NCBI GenBank assembly: GCA_038087875.1
Contig: CM075988.1
Location: 16,928,001 to 16,992,000 of the forward strand
Source of the DNA: Malacoraja senta
Lineage: Eukaryota
Reading direction: 5' to 3'
Length of the DNA stretch: 64,000 nucleotides
The notes below the pieces were generated by a model, which was not told the DNA's origin, did no database searches, and was given only the letters and a program-made list of their open reading frames with translations. The position numbers and the translations under genes are program-made. Each line of letters starts with the position of its first letter. Position 1 is the stretch's first letter. Shown here piece after piece: positions 26,143-36,980 of the stretch.

Positions 26143-28586
26143 GTTTACCCTGTGCAATGTTCTGCAGCACACTGTGGTAACTGATGCTTCCATTAAATTA
26201 TGGATTCCTTCAGAACCCCTGCACCATGTTCCCTTGACACTTGTCCGTATCCCCCTCCTTTCCCGTAGCCTTATGTAACACAATCATCAGCTGTCCAGGT
26301 CTCCGGGTCTGCTTCTCCATCTGTGACCATTCAAAAATCCTAACACTTTCATCAAACTCTTCCCAATATCTCCTCCTGCGTCTTGGTATACATATTTTGG
26401 TTTCACAAATGATGCCTCAGTGAAGCGTATGTTGAAGCACGTTCCCATTATTAGGTTGAGAGTAGCCAGGCACTTAGGGGCCAGTCGTGAACCGCCTTGG
26501 TGGGGACTGGAGTCACTTGCAGGCTGGGCCAAGTAACGGCAACAACCTTCCTTCCCTGAAGGATGAAAGATGTATTCAAGAGAGAGTTGGATCTGGCTCT
26601 TAGGGCTAACGGAATCAAGGGATATGGGGAGAAAGCAGGAATGGGGTACTGATTCTGGATGATCAGCCATGATCATATTGAATGACAGTGCTGGCTCGAA
26701 GGGCCAAATGGTCTACTCCTGCACCTAGTTTCTATGTTTCTAAGGATGTGGAAATGCCAGAGGTTGCTGCCTATTGGCGTGGATGGGCATGTGTCGATCG
26801 ATTAGGGACGGCCGACAATCAACAGGTGTGGACTAGCAGCTAAGAACTGCCTGAGTATCATGATTGTCATTTACTTAATGGGAATCTGCTACACTGGGGT
26901 GGGTTATCAGTAGGTAATTGGAAAAATCAGATGAATCCCTGATAAAAGCAGTATTTAATTAAACAGGTTTCACTGCAGAAATGTTGGTTCAATTGTTCAC
27001 CAAACCTTTGAACACCAAGGTTGAACAATGCAAAGTTCAGGTTCCCTTGGAGATCCAAGGTCCACCTGATTGCAAGCCATCAGTTACAGAATCTATGACT
27101 GCTGGACCAACAGTTACAGCCATCAAAAGGTCCAGTCATGTCGTGGCACGATAACGCTTTCAAGAGTGAGACGGAAATCTCTTGCTTTTCTCACTTCAAA
27201 GCCACCTTTGTCCGTGGGTCTATTGCAGTCAAAGGGAAAGGTGCAGCTAAACATGCTTCTGGGTCACACCGCTCTTGGCTTCCTCTTGAGGAGCTTGTTT
27301 TGTTTTCCACTTTGCCTTTTGGCAGAAACAATAAACACTCAGTGCTGGAAGTGTTGATGATGGCTTGATACTGTTTACCGAATGGAAATCTCTGTCGCAG
27401 TTAAACGCCGAGTTAAAAGAATGACGTTATTGGGAGAGGGAATTGATTGCACTTGACAAACAGAACCAAGCATGCACCACTGGAATTTTTCACACGAGAC
27501 GGTCTCTGGTACGTTTACGATGTACATTCCACCAAACAAGGGGAAATGATACATACACTAAATTAAAACAGAGAAGAAAAAGACAAGTTGATGATCATTT
27601 TCTTATAAAGATAGCTGATAGCTGACCAATAGCTGACTAATGGAACACTTCATAAGTTCATGTTTGTATGTTATAGGAGCAGAATTAGGCATTTTGCTCA
27701 TCGAGTCTACTCCACCATTCAATCATGGCTGATCTATCTTTCCCTCTCAATCCCATTCTCCTGCTTTTACCCCATAATCCCTGACACCCTTAGTAATCAA
27801 GAACCTGTCAATCTCTGCCTTAAAAATATCTATTGACGGCCTCCACAGGCAATGAATTCCACAGATTCGCCATCCTTTGACGAAAGAAATTCCTCCTCAT
27901 CATCTTTGCAAGACTTTACAGAGTAGAACCGATGGGCCGAATGGCCTAATTCCACTCCTAGTTTACAAACATTGCACCTCTCTGGGCTGTTGGCAGCAGC
28001 AAAAATGCCCCCATTTGATCTCCCTCTGCTCATGTACTTGTCAATGTAATTGTAGCCAATTTACTTGTATGTAACTAACACACACCAGTCTAACCGAGTT
28101 TGGTCTATGAACATGCATCTTTTCCTCAGTGCACATAACCTTGCAAAGATTAGAACCATCCTGAAAAGCAAAAGCAATGAATAAACTGAGCTCTTATCTA
28201 CAGCACAGACAACATTGACAAAGGGTCAAGTTGCAAGTTTACAATCACCAAAGAGAAAGGGGCAACCATCTGAACAACATCGTGTAGTGCAGTACAGCCA
28301 CAGCATGTGAACCAGCTAAGCAATTTCTCAGGTCCTTCCACAGATCAGTCATTAGTCAGGTTCATGAGAACATACCAGAGATGTACGAGCACTGCAATTC
28401 AATGTTCCAGTCAAACCAAGACATCGTGTAAATGCAATCAAATAAACACAAGGTCGTTTCTCCACAAACATTGTGGGATTGACATTCTAGAGATTTATCA
28501 TACTGTCACAACTGAATATCACATTGCAATGCTATCAGGTTCAGATCACGGAAGTCTAAGGCATCTCCCTTTTCTCATTTTCCTAC

Positions 28587-28733
28587 CTGGGATGATTGAG
28601 ACTGTATCTCTTTCCCACGTCACAACGCTAACATACTCCTGCACCGAAGGAGGAATGAGGCACTTGAAGACAGCCACGCTTCCACGCATTGACCTTTGAT
28701 CCTCCACCCGTACGGTGTAGGGTTCCCTGAAAA
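28587..28733 (-). CDS. DSCAML1: DSCAML1 coding exon 3 (N-terminal half of Ig2), 147 bp, phase 1-1
   Basis: Not shown in its correct frame in the ORF track. Manual translation: (V)[48 protein letters not shown]. Acceptor ttctttattttccttcAG at 28735-28734; donor GTAGGA at 28586. Continues exon 2 in frame (KA-VFREPY). Confidence 0.96.
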
Positions 28734-29371
28734 CTGAAGGAAAATAAAGAACATAAACGGGAGTTTATGAGCCATTTCTTCATGTTGGAGGAAACAGATC
28801 CCCTCATCACCAATTGATCTGCAAATCAGTTTGATATCTAGATTATAAACATACAAGGAGCTCCCGGAACTCAAACTGAACGAAAGCAGGCATACATTAA
28901 CACTGTGTGTAACGTGAATTTATTCTAAATACACAATGAACTGCAGATACTGAAATCTTGAGTAAAAAACACAATGTGCTGGAGGAACTCAGCGGGTCAG
29001 GCAGCATCTGTACTTTACTGTATTTAGTGTAGTTGCAGTTGTGAAGTAACCATTTGATGAAATAAAGATCTTCTACATGTGTTGATATTGGTATTGGCAT
29101 TGGTTTATTAATGTTGCATGCACTGAGATGCAGTAAATTGCAAAGCTATCCAGACAAATCACACCGTTCATGAATGAGTACATCAAGGTAGCGTAAAAGA
29201 GAAAATAAACAGAGTGCAGAATACAGTGTTCCAACTACAGTAAAAAAAAGTGCAAAGGATATAACAAGGTAGATTGGAAGATTGGGATTTCATCCCTAGA
29301 AGATGAAAGGTCCATTGTGATAGGAGTGGAGAAGAAGCTGTTCTGAAATCTGGCTGTGCTCACAACTTATA

Positions 29372-29600
29372 GACACTAGACAATAGGTACAGGAGTAGGC
29401 CATTCGACCCTTCGAGCCAGCACCGCCATTCAATGTGATCATGGCTGATCATCCCCAATCAGTACCCTGTTCCTGCCTTCTCCCCATATCCCCTGACTCT
29501 GCTATCTTTAAGAACCCTATCTAGCTCGTTCTTGAAAGTATCCAGAGAACCGGCCTCCACCGCCCTCTGAGGCAGAGAATTCCACAGACTCACAACTCAC
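29372..29600 (-). mobile_element. CR1 LINE 3' fragment
   Basis: Reverse complement of the CR1 3' end seen at 30830-31070. Confidence 0.8.
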
Positions 29601-30690
29601 TGCAATATCTTACAGTCTTGGGCAGAGCAGTTGCCATACCAAACTGTGACAAATATGTTTTTTGATGTGGTAAGTAAAGGGGAGGAAGGTTTGAATTTAA
29701 TCCCAGGGTTGCACAAGAATTTTCAATGTAAAATCCCTCAAATGAGATCTTGCATTATAACCACATCTCAAACTGTGCAGAAATGAAACAGTTGCCCGAT
29801 TCTCTTCATGAATCCGGGAGCAGAGAGAATCCTTTGACACCCTCTGAATTGAGCTGTAAGTCTTGACAGGTAATTGTAGTTTTGCAGGTTTGAAGAACTG
29901 GCACAAGATAGTCCAGCCAGCGGGCATGGCTACTATGTAAGATGGAGTTAACTGTAGAAAAACATATACAGATGTGCAGGTTGTAGAGCAATCCAGATCC
30001 AGGTGCTCAATGTCATGGGCAAACAACAGAAAGTATAAGCGGTGACATGTAAGGGAAAAGGCAGAAAAGGACAAATAGAGCTAAACTTCATCAGATGTTG
30101 CAAGCTTTCTAGACGGAAACAATGGGTGTCAGAATAGAAAAATTCTGCAAACGGGGAAAAAGTGCGATGTGGAATGCAAAATTATTCCAATCAATGAGTG
30201 AAGAGGACATCAAATGTCCACAAGGTAGCTAGAGTGAGCTGTGTAGGTCATGTTTATAATATGCCTGGTGCCAAATGAGTTTGAGTCTGCAGAAGGAACA
30301 CCCAGCTGATGTACCTATATCAAGATCCTAGTGTATAAGGGTCATTAAAGACATTTCAAATTGACTTGGGATCAATGTGTAATATCATCCTGAAATGGGC
30401 CACAAACCTCGAGATGGTGCAGTTAAAACCAACCAGTCGTGTGTTGTCAATGAACATGAAGACTACTGAAGTTGGCTGGCCATGAGATAAATGATTCAGT
30501 TTAGTATAGTTTGGAGATACAGCGCACAAACAGGCCCACCGAGTCCACACCGACCAGCGATCCCCGCATATTAACACTATCTATACACACTAGGGACAAT
30601 TTACATTTATACCAAGCCTATTAACCTACAAAGCTGGACGTCTTTGGCGTGTGGGAGCAAACCGAAGATCTCGGAGAAAACCCACGGGGA

Positions 30691-31073
30691 GATTGTTAAG
30701 GGTTTGGACACGCTAGAGGCAGGAAACATGTTCCCGATGTTGGGGGAGTCCAGAACCAGGGGCCACAGTTTAAGAATAAGGAGTAAGCCATTTAGAACGG
30801 ATATGAGGAAACACTTTTTCCTCACATAGAGTGGTGAGTCTGTGGAATTCTCTGCCTCAGAGGGCAGTGGAGGCCGGTTCTGTGGATGCTTTCGAGAGAG
30901 AGCTAGATAGGGCTCTTAAAATAGCGGAGTCAGGGTATATGGGGAGAAGGCAGGAATGGGGTACTGATTGGGGATGATCAGCCATGATCACATTGAATGG
31001 CGGTGCTGGCTCGAAGGGCCGAATGGCCTACTCCTGCACCGATTGTATATTGTCTATTGTCTATTGTCTATTG
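30691..31073 (+). mobile_element. CR1 LINE 3' fragment nested in a V-SINE
   Basis: Same subfamily as 61565-62343. Interrupts the SINE at 30497-31120. Confidence 0.85.
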
Positions 31074-31648
31074 AGAACGTACAAACTCCATACAGATAGC
31101 ACCCATAGTCAGAATCGAATATATTTTAAATGTTGTTATAGTATCTGCCTCCACTGCCTCCTTCGGCAGCTCCTTCCCTATACCCACCACCCTCTGTGTG
31201 AATAACCTATCTCTCAGGTTCCTATTAAATCTTTCCCTCTCACCTTAAACCCATGTCTTCTGGTTCTTGATTCCCCTACTCTGAGTAAAATATTCTGTGT
31301 GTTTACCCTATCTATTCCCCTCATTATCTTATACACCTCTATAAGATCACCCCTCAAGGAATAATGTCCTAGCCAGCCCAGCCTCTCGCTGGAGCCCAAG
31401 CCCTCAAGTTCTGATAACATCCTCGCTGAAGTATTGATAGAGACAAATAGTGCGTAGATGGTGGGTGGTCTGGTGTGAGTGGTGGACTGGGCTACATCCA
31501 CAACTCTCTACAATTTCTTGTGGTCATGGGCGGATCTGTTCCCAAACCAAGCTGTGGTGCAACCTGACAGTATGCTATCTATGCTGCATCTGTAGATTAA
31601 TGTAGATAGTCAGCATGCGCATGGTAAAACAACGATCTTGATTCTATG

Positions 31649-32111
31649 TTTTAAAGAAGGAACTGCAGATGCTGGAAAATCAAAGGTACACAAAAATGCT
31701 GGAGAAACTCAGCGGGTGCAGCAGCATCTATGGAGTGAAGGAAATAGGCAACGTTTCGGGCCGAAACCTTCTTCAGACTGATAGGGGGTGGGGAGAAGAA
31801 AGGAAAAAAGGAAAAAGGCGGAGGAGGAGCCCGAGGGCTGGGGGAGGGGAGGAGACAACCAGAGGGCTGATGAAGGGGAGGAGACAGCAAGGGCTAGCAG
31901 AATTGGGAGAATTCAATGTTCAAGCCCCCAGGATGTAGACTGCCCAAGCGGAATATGAGGTGCATTTCCTCCAATTTACGGTGTTGCTCGCTGTGGCCAT
32001 GGAGGAGACCCAGGACAGTGAGGTCAGATACGGAATGGGAGGGGGAGTTGAAGTGCTGAGCCACCGGGAGGTCAAGTTGGTTATTGCGGACCGACCGGAG
32101 GTGTTCGGCGA
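31649..32111 (-). mobile_element. Penelope-like element 3' fragment (end of GIY-YIG + pLTR)
   Basis: Homologous to 32677-33135. Flanked by the 18-bp direct repeat AACGATCTTGATTCTATG (31631-31648, 32112-32129). Confidence 0.85.
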
Positions 32112-32672
32112 AACGATCTTGATTCTATGCTGTAGTACTATTCTGTGGAGGAGGATGCTGCAGGCAGTAGCACTATCGTGCAGTACCTACTACATACTTG
32201 CTGTACGCCTCAACCAAAAGATTAGACTGAGTTAATGTACAACGTTTTCAAGCTTCTGTCCACCAACAGCTGTGAGCTTGCTCCACGTTAAGCTGGACCT
32301 TATAAACCCGCTGCACCCTTTCAAATGACTCCATCATTATATTCGCATAATGGTGTGACATTATGGAACAATGTCATCGCAAAGCCTCTTGCTCTTCCGT
32401 CATTGTCTTTCAATGTCACTTTTAAGACTATACGGAATCTAAAGTGTGCATTAGTGAATGAATAATGAAGCTATAATTTAATCAAGAGGTTCCTATCGCC
32501 AACGATAAACCACAGCTCACAAAGCCAGGCAAAACCCTAGAGTAAGTGGCGGTCTCTGACGCTGCTGTCCAATTACAACAGCTTGATTTTACTTTATTCA
32601 CTTTGGTGAATTATCATTGTGTGGAGCATATCTGTGCTGGAGGAAGGGACTGGAGATCAAGACTATGCTGCA

Positions 32673-34231
32673 GTGTTTAAGAAAGAAATGCAGATGCTGG
32701 AAAACTCGAAGGTAGACAAAAATGCTGGAGAAACTCAGCGGGTGAGGCAGCATCTATGGAGCGAAGGAACTGGTGATGTTTCAGGTCGAGACCCTTCTTC
32801 AGACTGATGTGGGGGTGGGGGAGGGGGGTTGGGAAGAAGAAAGGAAGAGGCGGAGACAGTAGGCTGTGGGAGAGTTGGGAAGGGGAGGGGAAGGAGGGAG
32901 AAAGCAAGGACTACCTGAAATTGAAGAATTCAATGTTCATACCGCTGGGGTGGAAACTACCCAAGCGAAATATGAGGTGCTGCTCCTCCAATTTCCAGTG
33001 GGACTCACTCTGGCCATGGAGGAGGCTCAGGACAGAAAGGTCGGATTCGGAATGGGAGGGGGAGTTGAAGTGCTGAGTCACCGGGAGATCAGGTTGGTTA
33101 ATGCGAACTGTGCAGAGGTGTTGGGCGAAGCGATCGCCAAGCCTACGCTTCGTCTCACTGATGTAGAGCAGTTGACACCTAGAGCAGCAGATGCAATAGA
33201 TGAGGTTGGAGGAGGTGCAGGTGAACCTCTGCCTCACCTGGAAAGATTGCTTGGGTCCTTGGATGGAGTCGAGGGGGGAGGTAAAGTGACAAGTGTAGCA
33301 TTTCCTGCGGTTGCAAGGGAAAGTACCAGGGGAGGAGGTGGTTTGGGTGGGAAGGGACAAATGGACCAGGGAGTTACGGAGGAAGCAGTCTCTGCGGAAA
33401 GCCGAAAGGGGAGGAGATGGGAAGATGTGGCCAGTGGTGGGATCCCGTTGGAGGTGGCGAAAATGTCGGAGGATTATCTGTTGCATGTGACGGCTGGTAG
33501 GGTGGAAGGTGAGGACGAACTCTGACCTTGTTACAAGTGGGGGGATGGGGAGTGAGAGTGGAGCTACGGGATATAGAGGAGACCCCAGTGAGAGCCTCAT
33601 CTATAGTCGAAGAAGGGAACCCCCGTTCCCTAAAGAATGAGGACATCTCTGAAGCCCTGGTTTGGAACACCTCATCCTGGGTGCAGATGCGGCATAGACA
33701 GAGGAATTGGGAGTAGGGGATAGAGTCCTTACAGGAAGCATGGTGGAAGAAGTGTAGTCCAGATAGCCATGGGAGTCAGTGGGTTTGTAGTAGATGTCGG
33801 TTAGTAGTCTGTTACCTGCGATGGAGGTAGTGAGGTCTAGAAATGGTAGGGAGATGTCGGAAATGGTCCAGGTGAATATGAGTGCCGGATGGAAGTTAGC
33901 GGTAAAATGGATGAAGTCAGTGAGTTCTGCTAGAGTGCAGGAGGTGGCACCAATGCAGTCATCAATGTAGCGGAGGTAGAGTTCGGGGATAGGTCCACAG
34001 TACTCAAATTGTGTTTCTTATTTTCTTTTGGTGCTCTTGAAATTGAATTCTGTCCTTGATTTGTGTACTGTGGTGTTTTTATATTTAATTTATTCCGATT
34101 ATGTGTTTTGTATTTTTTTGTGATTCTATGCATTGTAAGGTGTCCTTGGGTTTTAGAAAGGCGCCAGTAAATAAAATGATTATTATTATTATTATTATTA
34201 CTCCTCAAACAAGGATTGACTCGAACAAGGA
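32673..34231 (-). mobile_element. 5'-truncated, frameshifted Penelope-like retroelement (RT C-terminus + GIY-YIG endonuclease + 3' pLTR), Neptune-like
   Basis: The minus strand encodes LYLRYIDDCIG (YIDD at 33958-33969), DIYYKPTDSHGYLDY, a Cys linker PCNRRKCYTC and the GIY-YIG-like NLIYCICCSRCQLLYISETKRRLGDRFAQH...EQHLIFRLGS...GMN (stop at 32911). Flanked by the 14-bp direct repeat AAGACTATGCTGCA (32659-32672, 34232-34245). Confidence 0.9.
34004..34200 (+). mobile_element. LINE/SINE 3' tail with (ATT)n end nested in the Penelope-like element
   Basis: An AT-rich segment ending AAAGGCGCCAGTAAATAAAATG(ATT)n interrupts the RT region, and PLE-like sequence resumes after it. Confidence 0.55.
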
Positions 34232-34271
34232 AAGACTATGCTGCAAAATGGAGTGACAGTATAATTTAGCT

Positions 34272-34402
34272 GTAGGAAGGAACTGCAGATGCTGGTTTAA
34301 ACCGAAGATAGACACAAAATGCTGGAGTAACTCAGCTGGTCAGGCATCAGCTCTGGAGAAAAGGAATAGGTTATATTTCAGGTTGAGACCCTTCTTCAGA
34401 CC
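34272..34402 (-). mobile_element. Penelope pLTR derivative next to the DSCAML1 exon 2 donor
   Basis: GGAAGGAACTGCAGATGCTGG...GACCCTTCTTCAGAC terminal motif ending about 12 nt from the exon boundary. Confidence 0.8.
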
Positions 34403-34414
34403 AGATAGCCTTAC

Positions 34415-34732
34415 CTGCTTTAACGCGGATATTTGGGCTCCTTATCTTGCCGGCTATGTTTTCAGCCGTGCAGAAGTAGTCATTGTCGTGGATAAAGCTA
34501 TTAAACCCTGATGGCGAGAAGGGATAGAGCTGCAAGGTGCCGTTGAGGTGGACGTGGCGGATGTTGGGCACGTCGTAGATGTCGTCTTTCGTGGCGAGGT
34601 ACCAGCGGAGGGCAGTGCCTGCGGAGCCTGCAGCTGGGCACGGCAAGACCGTGCCCACCGAACTGGAGAAGATCACCTGTTGCAACGAGTCATTCACAAA
34701 GTACAGGCTTGTCCTCGGATCCTCACTGTGTG
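34415..34732 (-). CDS. DSCAML1: DSCAML1 coding exon 2 (first Ig-like domain), 318 bp, phase 1-1
   Basis: Translation [37 protein letters not shown]...[65 protein letters not shown] matches vertebrate DSCAML1 Ig1 as I recall it. [22 protein letters not shown] and SPNIRVKA distinguish it from DSCAM. Acceptor cccctgacAG at 34734-34733; donor GTAAGG at 34414. Confidence 0.96.
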
Positions 34733-35059
34733 CTGTCAGGGGGTGGGGGAGGGGGAAAGACAAAAGTAGACTCATTACTTTCAGACTTTGCATCTTAACT
34801 TCACCAAGTTCCTGCTGTTTGAAGAGGCAAGCACAAACCTCCTCAGTGCACATCATGGAAGTGTGTCACACTGCAGAGAATCCATCGTGCCCCACTATCT
34901 CTACCTAATCCTCCTCACCTTCCACGAATCCTCTGTGCCTTGCAGTCTTACAGGATACCATCACTTCTGATCTGGCCTTTTATGCATCCCAGATATCGAC
35001 ACCCCATCCTTGATGACTAAATTACTGTAGAATCCCGTCTGTTCTCTCTGGGTGTTCAC

Positions 35060-35315
35060 TCTCCCTTGTTCTTTCTCTGTATTTTTGCCTCCCTTTGCCC
35101 ACTTTCTTTTGCTAATTACTCTCTCTTTCTCTTCTCCTCATTCTTTTCCTCTTCTCCTCTTTTTTCCTCACTTTCCCTCTTTTTCTCTCCTCTTTTTCTC
35201 TTTCCCTCTCTTTCTCTCCTCCTCTCACTTTTTCTCTTTCGCTCTCTCTTTCTATTCCCCCCCACCACCCCCCGCCTTCCCCCACATTCTCTCTCTCTCT
35301 CTCTCTCTCTCTCTG
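35060..35315. repeat. CT-rich polypyrimidine tract ending in (CT)n
   Basis: Directly visible. Confidence 0.9.
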
Positions 35316-36192
35316 CCCCTCTTATATGGTGCTTAAAACATATTTATGACCAATATTTAGGGTCAGAAATACTATCAGATGTGGATCAATTTCAAATTTT
35401 CTTGGGTAGACAAAACGTCGGGAAAATGTTAAAGATGTTAACGATATTATACATATGTATATGGGTGATGTTATTATTGGAACAAGACATACAGTTCATC
35501 CTCTACGCAATTCCTCTGCATTGTACATGTAACGTATTTGAAATATTTAGCCAATTTACTTAGTTACAGTTTAAGGTGTCGTTATATGGAAGATGCCAAT
35601 TCTTAAAAATCAACCACACCCTTTGAAAATATAGGAAACCTTCATTGGTAAACTTATGTTCAATAATCAATAAGAATGTAAAAATTCCCCACATTAATGG
35701 CAATTTTGCCAAACTTAAAACACATTTACAGAGATGATACTTTTTGTGATCTAATTTCTTTGACATTCTCTCTGCACCCATTCCAGCTTGCCGCTCAGCT
35801 TTTAACAATGCTCCTTAAGGGACATTTTGTTGGGGGGGGGGGGGGAAGAGATTCCAATGGGCCAGAGCAATTCTCACAACAGATCATCAGGTTTCGAAGC
35901 TCGAATCTCCTCCTCCCCTCTCACAGACCAAGAGAAGAAAAATAAAACAAATGACAGGTAAAATGGAACTCCGTCACCTTTAGTAACCACAGTGACAAAA
36001 CCACAGTTATCATGAATTACAGCCAAGCCCAGGACAGAGACAGTTTCAACCTCACACAATCCTCCCTCCCCATAAAGCAGGCGTCTATGTCTTAAAGGAA
36101 GGCCTTTTTTTACTATAATTTCACATCCTCAGCTGGTGAAATGAAGTGTTGCCACAATTATTGCGTGAATACACTAAAGGTACATAAATCAA

Positions 36193-36724
36193 GTGCACAG
36201 TAGAGAGCATGCTGACCGGATGCATCGTGGCTTGGTTCGGCAACTTGAGCGCCCAGGAACGGAAAGACTACAAAAAGTAGTAAACACTGCCCAGTCCATC
36301 ATCGGCTCTGACCTCCCTACCATCGAGGGGATCTATCGCAGTCGCTGCCTCAAAAAGGCTGGCAGTATCATCAAGGACCCACACCATCCTGGCCACACAC
36401 TCATCTCCCCGCTACCTTCAGGTAGAAGGTACAGGAGCCTGAAGACTGCAAAGTCCAGGTTCAGGAATAGCTACTTCCCCACAGCCATCAGGCTATTAAA
36501 CTCAACTCAAACTAAACTCTGAACATTAATAGCCCATTATCTGTTTATTTGCACTTTATCTGTTTTATTTATTCATGTGTGTATATATTTATATAATGGT
36601 ATATGGACACACTGATCTGTTCTGTAGTCATGCCTACTATATTCTGTTGTGCTGAAGCAAAGCAAGAATTTCATTGTCCTATCTGGGACACATGACAATA
36701 AACTCTCTTGAATCTTGAATCTTG
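36193..36724 (+). mobile_element. Rex1/Babar LINE 3' fragment
   Basis: LQKVVNTAQSII...IIKDPHHPGH...LPSGRRYRS with a (CTTGAAT)n tail. Confidence 0.85.
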
Positions 36725-36756
36725 CAATAGAAATTAAATAAATAAATAACCAATGT

Positions 36757-36980
36757 TGCACAGTGGCGCAGCAGTAGAGTTGTGGCCTTAAAGTGTCAGG
36801 GACTCATGTTCGATCCTGACTACGGGTGCTGTCTGTGCGGAGTTTGTACGTTCTCCCCGTGACCTGCGTGGGTTTTCTCCGGTGTTAGTGTTAGTGTGTG
36901 GGAATCGCAGGTCGGCACGGACTCGATGGGCCGAAGGGCCTGTTTCTGCACTGTATCTCTAAACTCAACTAAACTGAAAC
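36757..36980 (+). mobile_element. V-SINE (HE1-like), internally deleted
   Basis: Head and tail present, central part missing. Confidence 0.8.

Noticed and set aside
1..28586. DSCAML1 exon 4 or further exons
   Set aside because: No matching translation found by eye. The orthologous intron 3 is very long in other vertebrates. A short missed exon cannot be excluded without TBLASTN.
32866..33525. 219-aa plus-strand ORF
   Set aside because: Antisense shadow of the Penelope-like ORF, with no recognisable domain.
34371..34856. 161-aa ORF as a complete gene
   Set aside because: Only 34415-34732 is DSCAML1-like and it is bounded by canonical splice sites. The flanks are intronic read-through.
35640..35694. 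Possible DSCAML1 exon 1 (MWGIFTFLLIIEHKFTNE, phase 1, minus strand)
   Set aside because: It superficially resembles the MW-initiated signal peptide and is phase-compatible, but the donor (G|GTTTCC) is weak, the hydrophobic core is short and there is no promoter-like context. The true exon 1 probably lies beyond the window.
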